Below are positions 1 through 7,849 of a stretch of 11,257 bases of DNA, piece after piece. The position numbers were made by a program, and so were the translations under genes. Within the stretch, counting starts at the first letter, position 1. Each line of letters starts with the position of its first letter. This DNA comes from an uncultured Candidatus Actinomarina sp. (GTDB lineage Bacteria; Actinomycetota; Acidimicrobiia; Actinomarinales; Actinomarinaceae): positions 1-11,257 of the forward strand of contig CACPJC010000011.1 in NCBI GenBank assembly GCA_902634185.1. The letters are read 5' to 3'. The notes under the pieces are model-generated. The model made no database searches. It saw only the letters and a list, made by a program, of their open reading frames with translations, and was not told the DNA's origin.

Positions 1-133
1 ATCGATCTTAGATACATTAAGGTTTGGTATGGGCGATGCAACAATTGGTTCATTTACTTGGAATCAAGTAGGAGGTTTATTGTTAGCGTTATTGGGATTT
101 TTATATTTTCAAAAAAATAAAAATTTAAAATAA
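1..133 (+). CDS. lgt: 3' end (partial) of a membrane protein, probably prolipoprotein diacylglyceryl transferase
   Basis: The frame starting at base 2 is open to TAA at 131-133: SILDTLRFGMGDATIGSFTWNQVGGLLLALLGFLYFQKNKNLK*. It resembles the Lgt C-terminus (xxD/ExxR ... TxxQ, a final TM helix, then a basic tail). Only 43 codons are visible. Confidence 0.6.
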   Translation, partial: SILDTLRFGMGDATIGSFTWNQVGGLLLALLGFLYFQKNKNLK

Positions 134-1048
134 GCTAAATATAAATCCAAAATATGCAGCGATGAAAATAATTCCCACAAGGACATTTCTTTTTATAACG
201 TATCTTGTTAAGAGAACTGCGAGAAAAGATACAAAATACATAAGAAACATTTGATAATCGATATTTGAACTAATTTCGCCAGGTTCAAATATAATTGCAG
301 ATCCACCAACGAGACCAATATTAAATAGATTGGATCCAAAAACATTTCCCATAATTAAATCTGGTTTCTTTAATCTTGCTGCTGAAATTGCCCCTGCAAC
401 TTCTGGAAGGCTTGTTCCTATTGCAATTATTGTTACACCTACTATCAAGGACGATATATTAAATAAGTCAGCAATTGCAATGGCATTATCAACCACTAAC
501 GAACTTCCAAATATAGTTATTGAGATAGCTAATATTCCCCTTAACCAAATATATTTTTTTTCTTCCGAGACGAGCTCTTCTTCATCAATTGCTTCTTCAT
601 TAACCATCTTGTAAGTTACAAAAATAACAAGCGACAGTAAAACAATTCCTAAAACTAATGGAAATTGATTTGTAAGTATATAAGTTGATACAAATATTGT
701 GGTAAATATCATCATCCACACAGGACTAATTTGATTTATATTAATTTTTTTGGAAAAGCCTTTATCAATAAATAAATAAAGGACAGCCAAAACAAGTAAT
801 GAATTTGCAATATTAGATCCAATAATATTTCCGATAGCCAGGGACAAATCACCATTGATAGCAGCTCCTGTACTTGTAAATAATTCTGGTGCTGATGTTC
901 CAAAACCTATAAAAGTTGCACCAATAACAGAATTTGGAAGTTTAAATTTAACTGCAATTTGAATTGCAGATTTGACCATTTCATCAGCGCCTTTAACTAA
1001 AAGTATTAGTCCTAAAACAAAACCACCGAATATTAAGAAAGTTTCCAT
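125..1048 (-). CDS. Calcium/sodium antiporter (CaCA family, YrbG-like)
   Basis: 307 aa, about 10 hydrophobic segments. Two alpha-repeats, GTSAPE...GNIIGSN and GTSLPE...GNVFGSN, are diagnostic of Na/Ca exchangers. ATG start, TAA stop. Confidence 0.93.
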   Translation of the reverse strand: METFLIFGGFVLGLILLVKGADEMVKSAIQIAVKFKLPNSVIGATFIGFGTSAPELFTSTGAAINGDLSLAIGNIIGSNIANSLLVLAVLYLFIDKGFSKKININQISPVWMMIFTTIFVSTYILTNQFPLVLGIVLLSLVIFVTYKMVNEEAIDEEELVSEEKKYIWLRGILAISITIFGSSLVVDNAIAIADLFNISSLIVGVTIIAIGTSLPEVAGAISAARLKKPDLIMGNVFGSNLFNIGLVGGSAIIFEPGEISSNIDYQMFLMYFVSFLAVLLTRYVIKRNVLVGIIFIAAYFGFIFSLF

Positions 1049-1054
1049 AGGAAT

Positions 1055-1873
1055 CTAGTCTTTAGAGTCTCTCCAAGCAATCCACTCTTTGACGATTGAC
1101 ATGTCATAGTCCGGTCCGTTTAGGGGAAGAGTTATTTCAGTTGCTCCTGCTTCGACAAGTTCATCGGCCTTGTCAATTCTCTTTAGGTCTATTCCTATTG
1201 ACCTTCCAATCTCAGAAGGGTCTCTTCCTATTTCTTTACACCAGTTATCTAAAACACTGTTTTTATGAGCAACTGTCTCTATGCCTGAGCGATCTTCTGT
1301 CTTTGTTGCAAATCCATGCCAAACATCTGCATATTGAGCTGTGATTCTCAAAGTAACTTTTTCCCCTCCACCGCCAATTAATATTGGAATTTTTCTTTTT
1401 GGTTGAGGATCTAACATTGCCATTCTTTTTTCAATTCTCTCAAGAGATTTTTCTAATTCTTTTAACCTCCAGATAGCAGTTCCGAATTCATAACCATACT
1501 CCTGATAATCTTGTTCGAACCAACCTGAACCAATTCCAAAAACAAGTCTTCCATTTGATATATGGTCAATAGTTCTTGCCATATCAGTAAGCAATTCAGG
1601 ATTTCTGTATGAATTACAAGTTACAAGAGGACCAATTTCTATTTTTTCAGTTACTTCTGCCCAACTCGCAAGCATAGTCCAGCACTCAAAATGTTTACCC
1701 TCTCTTCTTTCTCCTTCAGCCCATTGTGTACCATCTTCTTTATATAAGGGGTAGAAGTGGTCCCAATTATAAAGAACGTCTGCCCCCAATTCTTCTGCTT
1801 CAACAGCTGCATTTCTTATTTGATCATATTCTGCATGCTGTGGGTGTAAAAATACTGCAATTCTAGGTTTCAT
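1055..1873 (-). CDS. LLM-class, probably F420-dependent oxidoreductase (MSMEG_2906-like family)
   Basis: 272 aa with motifs PQH, NWDHFYPL, HFECWTML, LVTCNSYRNP, DHISNGR, GIGSGW and PILIGGGGEK, typical of this actinobacterial luciferase-like family. An AAGGA Shine-Dalgarno-like sequence lies upstream. Confidence 0.88.
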   Translation of the reverse strand: MKPRIAVFLHPQHAEYDQIRNAAVEAEELGADVLYNWDHFYPLYKEDGTQWAEGERREGKHFECWTMLASWAEVTEKIEIGPLVTCNSYRNPELLTDMARTIDHISNGRLVFGIGSGWFEQDYQEYGYEFGTAIWRLKELEKSLERIEKRMAMLDPQPKRKIPILIGGGGEKVTLRITAQYADVWHGFATKTEDRSGIETVAHKNSVLDNWCKEIGRDPSEIGRSIGIDLKRIDKADELVEAGATEITLPLNGPDYDMSIVKEWIAWRDSKD

Positions 1874-4382
1874 TGTTAACTTCCTTTAAATTATCCATAA
1901 ATTCTATGTTAGCTTCCAATCTTTCTAATTTTTGTGCTGCAAGTTTTTCAGATGATGGAAGCGGATTCTTTTTGATAAAGTTTTTTATATCATCAGCAAA
2001 TTCTTCGTCATATATTGCTGGAAGTGCGTCTAAAATCCTTGATGCGGTCCAATCTGGCATAACACTTAGCAAGTCATTAAAATTTTCTTTAATTACCTTC
2101 CATGATTTTTTCCCGATATATTTGTTGGTTATCATCGAAGCTAATATATATGGGCAATCTGCTCCGCGGATTCTTCCATCAAGCATAAATTCAACAATTT
2201 TTTTACTTGCATTTTGGTCTCTTACTTGACCTAATACCGCTCTGTACCTTCCTTGCATTTGAGGAGACTCTGCGTTTTCGAACTTTTCTAAAAAAATCTC
2301 AATTTTGTTTGTCTCATCAAGTGCGGATATAAAAAGGATCGAGCTAAAAAATGTTCCTTCTGAAATAGACTCCATTTTATTTTCTTTAAAAATATCACTA
2401 AATTTTTTTATAAACGAATCATCATCTAAATTTTTAGCTCTCAACTTGTTAATAGTATCTCTTACTTCTTTGATTTCTAATTCTTCGTCTTTTTTAACCT
2501 CAAATCCAAGCTCATTGTGCAACTCGTCAGTCAAGTCCCTTACAAAAGCTTTAAAACTATCAGAGTTATTAGATTCAAAAAGATTTGCTAATGTTGCTAT
2601 TATCGAAGACATATAAATCCAGATGTCTTCGTCTTTCTCCTTTTTAAAGAACATTAAGAATTTATAAAAGTCTTTTATATCTGTCGGAGCTTTTTTAAAT
2701 TGCATCCATTTATCTTCAAGAAGTCTGTATTTTTCGAGATCATTTAGTTTGTCAAAATTTGCAAGTATATTTTCAAAAACCTCATCATCATAAAATGTAT
2801 GAAAGAATCCCCAACCTCCACTATTTATATGAGGAACTTCACCTAAATTCTTTAAATCTATGACTAGTTCAGTTTCGTCCAGCAAAAATTTTTCTTCATT
2901 TCCTGTATCAAGAAACTTAATTTGAACAGGTACTGGTTTTATATTATTTTTATCAGTTTCTACATTTTTAAGAAGAAAAGGTTTTTGTTTAATTGTTAAA
3001 AAATTATTGGAGCAGTCTACTTGTAAAAAGGGATAACCTTTTTCTCTTATCCAAAAAGGTAATATTTTATTGAGAGGTTGATTACTTGCCTCACTTAATG
3101 CATCCCATAAATCAGACGAGTTGGTATTTTCAAATTTAAATTTGTTTAAATAAGCTTCAACTCCATTTTGAAAAGCTTCTTCGCCAATAAACATTTGAAA
3201 CATTCTTAAAACAGTTGAACCTTTTTCGTAGGTGAGAACATCAAACATCTCTTCTGCTTGATCCGGAGTTTCAACATCAAACTCGACCGGTCTAGAATTT
3301 TCGAGTGAGTCGATAGAAAATCCAGCAGTTCTTGACATATTCATTGCGTTCCACTGTTTGAATTCAGGATATGTATTATATGATGCAATTACTTCCATCA
3401 GACTTGCAAATGCCTCATTTAACCAGATTCCATCCCACCATTTCATAGTGACTAAATCTCCAAACCACATATGAGCAAGTTCATGTGCGATTACTGTTAT
3501 TGATCTATCAAGTTCTGATCTAGTAGCTTTATCCTTATTAAATAAAAGCAAGTTCTCACGAAAAGTAACTGCTCCTACATTTTCCATAGCGCCCATTGCA
3601 AAGTCCGGGATAGCAATAAGATCTAATTTAGTTCCTGGATAGGGAATCTTGTAATAATCTTCAAAGAAGTCTAAAAGTTTAATCGCAGCTGTTCCCGCGT
3701 AAGAAGTTTGGTGTGAAAACCCAGGTCTATGTATTATCCGTATATCTGTCGTTTTAGACTTTCCAACAACAGTAGCTTCAAGATCTCCTATTACAAAAGC
3801 TACAAGATATGATGACATTTTCATCGAGTCTGCAAATTTAGTTCGTAGTTTATTATTTTCTACTTTTTCTTCCTCGACAACCATTTCATTGCTGACTCTT
3901 AAATACTTTTCATCAGTTATTATTGTCATTGAAAATATAGCTTTATATTCAGGTTCGTCCCAGCAAGGGAAAGCCGATCTTGCCGCAGTTGGTTCAAATT
4001 GTGTGGTAGCAATCCATTTTTTTTCACCATCTTCAGACATGTAGCTACTTTTATAAAAGCCTTTAAGGTCATTTGTAATTTCCGAATTGAATTCAAGATA
4101 TAATTCGTAAACACCTTCACTCAATGTCTCTTGGGATTCAAAAACTATTTTTTCATCTTCCTCTATATAGTTAACTTCCAAAGGAATATCTTGTTTAGTT
4201 GTTTGAATTTTTGCTTTTGTAACTTCAATTCCAACGCTATTTAAAACAATATTGTTTGTTGCTTCAACAACATTTAAATCGACTTTTTGTGCCCCGGTAT
4301 ATGAGAAATTATCTAAATCAACATCAAGTTCGATTTCGTATCTATTGGGATAAGTTGATTTGGGCAACCTCTTTTTATTCAT
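1863..4382 (-). CDS. pepN: M1-family zinc aminopeptidase (aminopeptidase N / puromycin-sensitive type, ERAP1-like C-terminal domain)
   Basis: 839 aa with TQFEPTAARSAFPCWDEP, the GAMEN exopeptidase motif, HELAH-x18-E (WLNE) zinc motif and YEKG catalytic Tyr. No signal peptide is evident. Confidence 0.93.
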   Translation of the reverse strand: MNKKRLPKSTYPNRYEIELDVDLDNFSYTGAQKVDLNVVEATNNIVLNSVGIEVTKAKIQTTKQDIPLEVNYIEEDEKIVFESQETLSEGVYELYLEFNSEITNDLKGFYKSSYMSEDGEKKWIATTQFEPTAARSAFPCWDEPEYKAIFSMTIITDEKYLRVSNEMVVEEEKVENNKLRTKFADSMKMSSYLVAFVIGDLEATVVGKSKTTDIRIIHRPGFSHQTSYAGTAAIKLLDFFEDYYKIPYPGTKLDLIAIPDFAMGAMENVGAVTFRENLLLFNKDKATRSELDRSITVIAHELAHMWFGDLVTMKWWDGIWLNEAFASLMEVIASYNTYPEFKQWNAMNMSRTAGFSIDSLENSRPVEFDVETPDQAEEMFDVLTYEKGSTVLRMFQMFIGEEAFQNGVEAYLNKFKFENTNSSDLWDALSEASNQPLNKILPFWIREKGYPFLQVDCSNNFLTIKQKPFLLKNVETDKNNIKPVPVQIKFLDTGNEEKFLLDETELVIDLKNLGEVPHINSGGWGFFHTFYDDEVFENILANFDKLNDLEKYRLLEDKWMQFKKAPTDIKDFYKFLMFFKKEKDEDIWIYMSSIIATLANLFESNNSDSFKAFVRDLTDELHNELGFEVKKDEELEIKEVRDTINKLRAKNLDDDSFIKKFSDIFKENKMESISEGTFFSSILFISALDETNKIEIFLEKFENAESPQMQGRYRAVLGQVRDQNASKKIVEFMLDGRIRGADCPYILASMITNKYIGKKSWKVIKENFNDLLSVMPDWTASRILDALPAIYDEEFADDIKNFIKKNPLPSSEKLAAQKLERLEANIEFMDNLKEVNNET

Positions 4383-4391
4383 TAGGTTAAC

Positions 4392-5741
4392 TTAATCCCA
4401 ATCAATATTTATGTCGTTGGATGAGTCAATTAGTTGAACTTTGTGTCTTCCAAAATAATCTCTTTGAGCCTGAATCATGTTCGATGGATTATCTACAGAA
4501 GTCACATTATTGAACCAATTTAAAGATGCTGATAGTACAGGTGTTGGTATGTTGTATTTAGTTGTTATTTGCAGAACGTTGCTGATAGATGCTCTGTTTT
4601 TGTTCAAAGTACTAAAAATAGTATTTAAATTAAATACATCATTACTTTCGCCAAATTCTTTTTTTAATTCGGATAATAAATTGGATCTAATGATGCATCC
4701 TCCACTCCAATTATCAAGAACTTCTAAGATTGATATGTTGTGTTTTTCATCATTACTAAATTTTGATATTAATTCTAAACCTTGAATCATTGAGCACACT
4801 CTAGAAAAATATAGTGCATCACTGAGTTCTTTAGTAGATATATTCTCACTTATTAGTTCCTGATTAATTTTTGTAGTGTATTGATTACTGCTCTGAACAC
4901 GTGCATCGTAAGAGGCTGCAATAGATGGTATGGACACATTTAATTCCAATGAAGTTTGTATTGTCAGTCTTCCAGTACCTTTATTTTGTGCGACTGGTTT
5001 TATCTGATCAATAATAAATTTATCTCCATCTTTTTTTTGAAGAATTTCTGATGTGATTTCAATAAGGTAAGATGATTTATTCTTTTCTGTTTGAGAGGAA
5101 AAGAAATTGGACATATCCTCATTTGTTTTATTTAAATTTTTTAATATTAAATATATCTCAGCGATTGTTTGCATCTCAGCATATTCAATGCCGTTATGTA
5201 CCATTTTTATAAAGTGACCTGTTCCGGGACCTTGATATACTCCCAGACACTCCACTCCACTTTTTGCAGCAATATTTTTGAGTGTATCTAAAAGAGGAGT
5301 CTCTAAAGTTAAATCAGAACCGACCATCAATGCAGGGCCATTACGAGCTCCATCTTCACCACCTGAAACTCCCATTCCAATAAAATGTATAGATTTTTCT
5401 GAGAGATACTTCCCGTTATCAATACTGTCTACATAAAAAGAATTACCTCCGTCAATAATCATGCTTCCCTCTTCCAATAAATCAGCCAGTCTTTCTATTA
5501 CTTCCCTAGTTGCTTTGCCTGATGGAACCATAAGCAATATTATTTTTGGGGTTTCTAAGCTCTCAACAAATTCTTCAAGATTGGTGTAGCCTATAAATTC
5601 ATTTGAAAATTCTTTCTTAATGTCATCAAGTTTTTTCATTGAATCATTGAAGGATTTAATTGTTACCCCTTTATCTGATAAATTTAGAGCTATATTTTTA
5701 CCCATGACACCAAGGCCAACTAATCCAATTTCGTTAAGCAT
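4392..5741 (-). CDS. gnd: 6-phosphogluconate dehydrogenase, decarboxylating (long form)
   Basis: 449 aa with GLGVMG Rossmann motif, LMVPSG, IIDGGNS, GVSGGEDGARNGP, catalytic KMVHNGIEY, KGTG, GCIIRS and QAQRDYFG. Confidence 0.96.
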   Translation of the reverse strand: MLNEIGLVGLGVMGKNIALNLSDKGVTIKSFNDSMKKLDDIKKEFSNEFIGYTNLEEFVESLETPKIILLMVPSGKATREVIERLADLLEEGSMIIDGGNSFYVDSIDNGKYLSEKSIHFIGMGVSGGEDGARNGPALMVGSDLTLETPLLDTLKNIAAKSGVECLGVYQGPGTGHFIKMVHNGIEYAEMQTIAEIYLILKNLNKTNEDMSNFFSSQTEKNKSSYLIEITSEILQKKDGDKFIIDQIKPVAQNKGTGRLTIQTSLELNVSIPSIAASYDARVQSSNQYTTKINQELISENISTKELSDALYFSRVCSMIQGLELISKFSNDEKHNISILEVLDNWSGGCIIRSNLLSELKKEFGESNDVFNLNTIFSTLNKNRASISNVLQITTKYNIPTPVLSASLNWFNNVTSVDNPSNMIQAQRDYFGRHKVQLIDSSNDINIDWD

Positions 5742-7059
5742 TTATATTCTTTTCCATTATTTTAAGATTTAGAAGCCTGTCAACTAATTTATCTCTCATC
5801 TCTAATTCTAAGACTAAGTAATTTAATTCATTCTTAACATTAAGGATTTTTCCAAATTTGGCAACAGTGTCTAATTTTGATGGATTGATTTGGTAAGACC
5901 CAAGGCTAACAATACCAAAAATTTCCTCTGCGATTCTATCTTTTAATAAATCTAGTCCGTCGTTTTTTAGAGATGAGACAAACGATGCTTGAGGGTAAGA
6001 TTCTTTAAGTTGATTTAATGATGCCTTGTCAATCTTATCAATTTTATTGAATACCATAATTTCATTAGATTTCGCATCAATTTGTTTGAGAATATTAACA
6101 ACCGTGTTGATATGCATCTCAGGAAGGGCAGTGGCGGCATCTACAACGTGAATTAGCAAATCAGCTTTTGTCGCAACCATTAATGTTGATTTAAATGATT
6201 CTATTAACGTCGTGGGAAGATTTTGAATAAACCCAACTGTGTCCGATAATATTAATGGATCTTGAATATCCTTAATTCTTAATTCTCTTTGCAAAGAGTC
6301 AACGGTAGCAAAGAGTTCATCAGCAGCGTAAGCATCAGAATTAGTTAATTTCTTTAATAAAGTAGATTTACCAGCATTTGTATAACCAACAATTGATACC
6401 AATGGAATATTATTTTTCTCTCTTGAGCTTGATTGAACGTTTCTCTGTTTCTCTATCTTCTTTAATTCTTTTTTTAATTTATTTATACGATTATCGATAA
6501 GCCTGCTATCTGTTTCTAATTTGGTTTCACCTGGACCTCTTGTTCCAATTCCACCACCCTGTTGATTCAAGGTTTTGCCAAGTCCAGCTAATCTTGGCTT
6601 TAAATACACAGACATTGCAAGCTCAACTTGTAATGAGGCTTCTTTTGATTGAGCATGTAGAGAAAATATATCCAGTATCAAACCAGTTCTATCAACAACA
6701 TCACATTGAAAAATCGTTCTCAGTTCTTTTTGTTGGTTTGGTGTTAGTTCGCAATCAAATATTACTACGTCAATATCATTCGATTTAGAAATCTCTTCTA
6801 ATTCTTTTATCGAACCTTTGCCAATAAATGTTTTTGGATCGATTTTATCAACACGTTTAGTTTGGACAATATATGGAGTCGAACCAGCAGTTTTTACTAA
6901 ATTAGTAAGTTCTTTAAGAGATTCTTCTTTATCTGCTCTAGTTTCATTTTTTAAAATTATTCCAACCAAAAGAGCTCTCTGTACAGTTACAAAGATATCC
7001 CTATCAGATACCGTCAGTAATCGTCTATCAACCTGGTTTGGATTATTTCTCTCGTTCAA
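5734..7059 (-). CDS. hflX: Ribosome-splitting GTPase HflX
   Basis: 441 aa with VDRTGLILDIFSLHA, GGGIGTRGPGETKLE, G1 GYTNAGKS, G2 FATVD, G3 DTVG and G4 NKID. TTG start at 7059 (exact start less certain). The 3' end overlaps gnd by 8 bp. Confidence 0.96.
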   Translation of the reverse strand: MNERNNPNQVDRRLLTVSDRDIFVTVQRALLVGIILKNETRADKEESLKELTNLVKTAGSTPYIVQTKRVDKIDPKTFIGKGSIKELEEISKSNDIDVVIFDCELTPNQQKELRTIFQCDVVDRTGLILDIFSLHAQSKEASLQVELAMSVYLKPRLAGLGKTLNQQGGGIGTRGPGETKLETDSRLIDNRINKLKKELKKIEKQRNVQSSSREKNNIPLVSIVGYTNAGKSTLLKKLTNSDAYAADELFATVDSLQRELRIKDIQDPLILSDTVGFIQNLPTTLIESFKSTLMVATKADLLIHVVDAATALPEMHINTVVNILKQIDAKSNEIMVFNKIDKIDKASLNQLKESYPQASFVSSLKNDGLDLLKDRIAEEIFGIVSLGSYQINPSKLDTVAKFGKILNVKNELNYLVLELEMRDKLVDRLLNLKIMEKNINA

Positions 7060-7110
7060 TTACTCATTAATTTTTAATTTAATGTTATCTATATTAATAA
7101 ATAAAACTAG

Positions 7111-7202
7111 CGGAGGTGGACGGGAATCGAACCCGCCAAAGACACTTAAGCCTTTCAACAGTTTTGAAGACTGCGGAGCCCACCAGGCGCTCATTCACCT
7201 CC
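7111..7202 (-). tRNA. selC: tRNA-Sec (anticodon UCA)
   Basis: Minus strand reads GGAGGTGA-AT-GAGCGCC TGGT GGGCTC-C-GCAGT CT TCA AA ACTGT-TG-AAAGGC TTAAGT GTCTTT-G-GCGGG TTCGATT CCCGT-CCACCTCC-G. It has an extended D-stem with a 4-nt loop, a UCA anticodon, a long variable arm, an 8-position acceptor stem plus 5-bp T-stem and discriminator G. CCA is not encoded (followed by CTA). Confidence 0.95.
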
Positions 7203-7213
7203 ACAAATAAGAC

Positions 7214-7248
7214 TAATTGTATAAAAACTAAATTATCGAATACAATTA
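7214..7248. promoter_or_regulatory. Perfect 9-bp inverted repeat TAATTGTAT-N17-ATACAATTA; putative bidirectional sigma-70 promoter and/or operator
   Basis: Arms at 7214-7222 and 7240-7248. Plus strand: TTGTAT (7217-7222)-18 bp-TACAAT (7241-7246). Minus strand: TTGTAT (7245-7240)-18 bp-TACAAT (7221-7216). It fills the 53-bp gap between the divergent selC and XRE genes. Confidence 0.65.
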
Positions 7249-7255
7249 TTAAATA

Positions 7256-7849
7256 GTGAATAATTTTTCTACAAACTTTGTAAAGCTTAGGGAAGAAAGA
7301 GGTCTTTCTATAAAACAAGTAGCATCTTTTACTGGGGCAACAACAAAAGATGTAAAAAAATGGGAGTCTGGAACAAGCTTACCAACAGATACAAAAATAA
7401 TAGCTGCGCTCGAGGGATTATTAGGAAAAGAAATTTCTCAAACTTTAGAATCAAATGACTTTAAACCAATCAAAACTTCAGAAAAAATAATTGAAGACTC
7501 ATTATTTACAATCGACAAGGAAAAGAATGTTGATCTAAAGTCTGGAATATTTAATAGATTTAAATCAGACAAAGAGAAAAAACAGAAAAATACTACATCA
7601 GAAATGAATGTCTTTGATGTTTACTCAGATAAGGAAGTTATTGATGATGACAAAAAAATTGATTTTGATGAATTATATGAAAATGCATTAGAAGAAAGAC
7701 CTTATATTGCAGATCCAAAACAATTATCATTTTATTTTTCTAGGAACATAAAAACTTTTATTTCTGTAAGCATACTTTTGTATATTGCAGTAAAAGCATT
7801 TCAGATGTTTTTAAATTCTTTCAACTTATTTATTGATAATCTTTTATGA
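7256..7849 (+). CDS. XRE-family helix-turn-helix protein with a C-terminal transmembrane segment
   Basis: 197 aa, GTG start. The N-terminal LREERGLSIKQVASFTGATTKDVKKWESGTSLP is a Cro/C1-type HTH, followed by a charged K/E/D-rich linker and a hydrophobic tail (TFISVSILLYIAVKAFQMFL). The TGA stop overlaps the ctaA ATG (ATGA). Confidence 0.8.
   Translation: MNNFSTNFVKLREERGLSIKQVASFTGATTKDVKKWESGTSLPTDTKIIAALEGLLGKEISQTLESNDFKPIKTSEKIIEDSLFTIDKEKNVDLKSGIFNRFKSDKEKKQKNTTSEMNVFDVYSDKEVIDDDKKIDFDELYENALEERPYIADPKQLSFYFSRNIKTFISVSILLYIAVKAFQMFLNSFNLFIDNLL

Noticed and set aside
1875-4393. GTTAACTT just upstream of both the pepN and LLM start codons
   Set aside because: A short AT-rich word that also occurs inside pepN (about 4171); compatible with chance.
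330-7210. Plus-strand ORFs 330-614, 1096-1344, 1873-2229, 2305-2616, 4477-4785, 6540-6788 and 6818-7210, and nested minus-strand ORF 3926-4120
   Set aside because: Antisense or off-frame shadows of well-supported genes, with no recognisable motifs.
7094-7318. 74-aa minus-strand ORF
   Set aside because: It runs through the tRNA-Sec gene and the start of the XRE gene; the tRNA explains the sequence.
7060-7849. Genomic island or prophage integrated at selC (a known hotspot), suggested by the adjacent XRE gene
   Set aside because: No integrase, no duplicated tRNA 3' end and no evident compositional shift. The XRE gene is on the 5' side, and the 3' neighbour is the core gene hflX.
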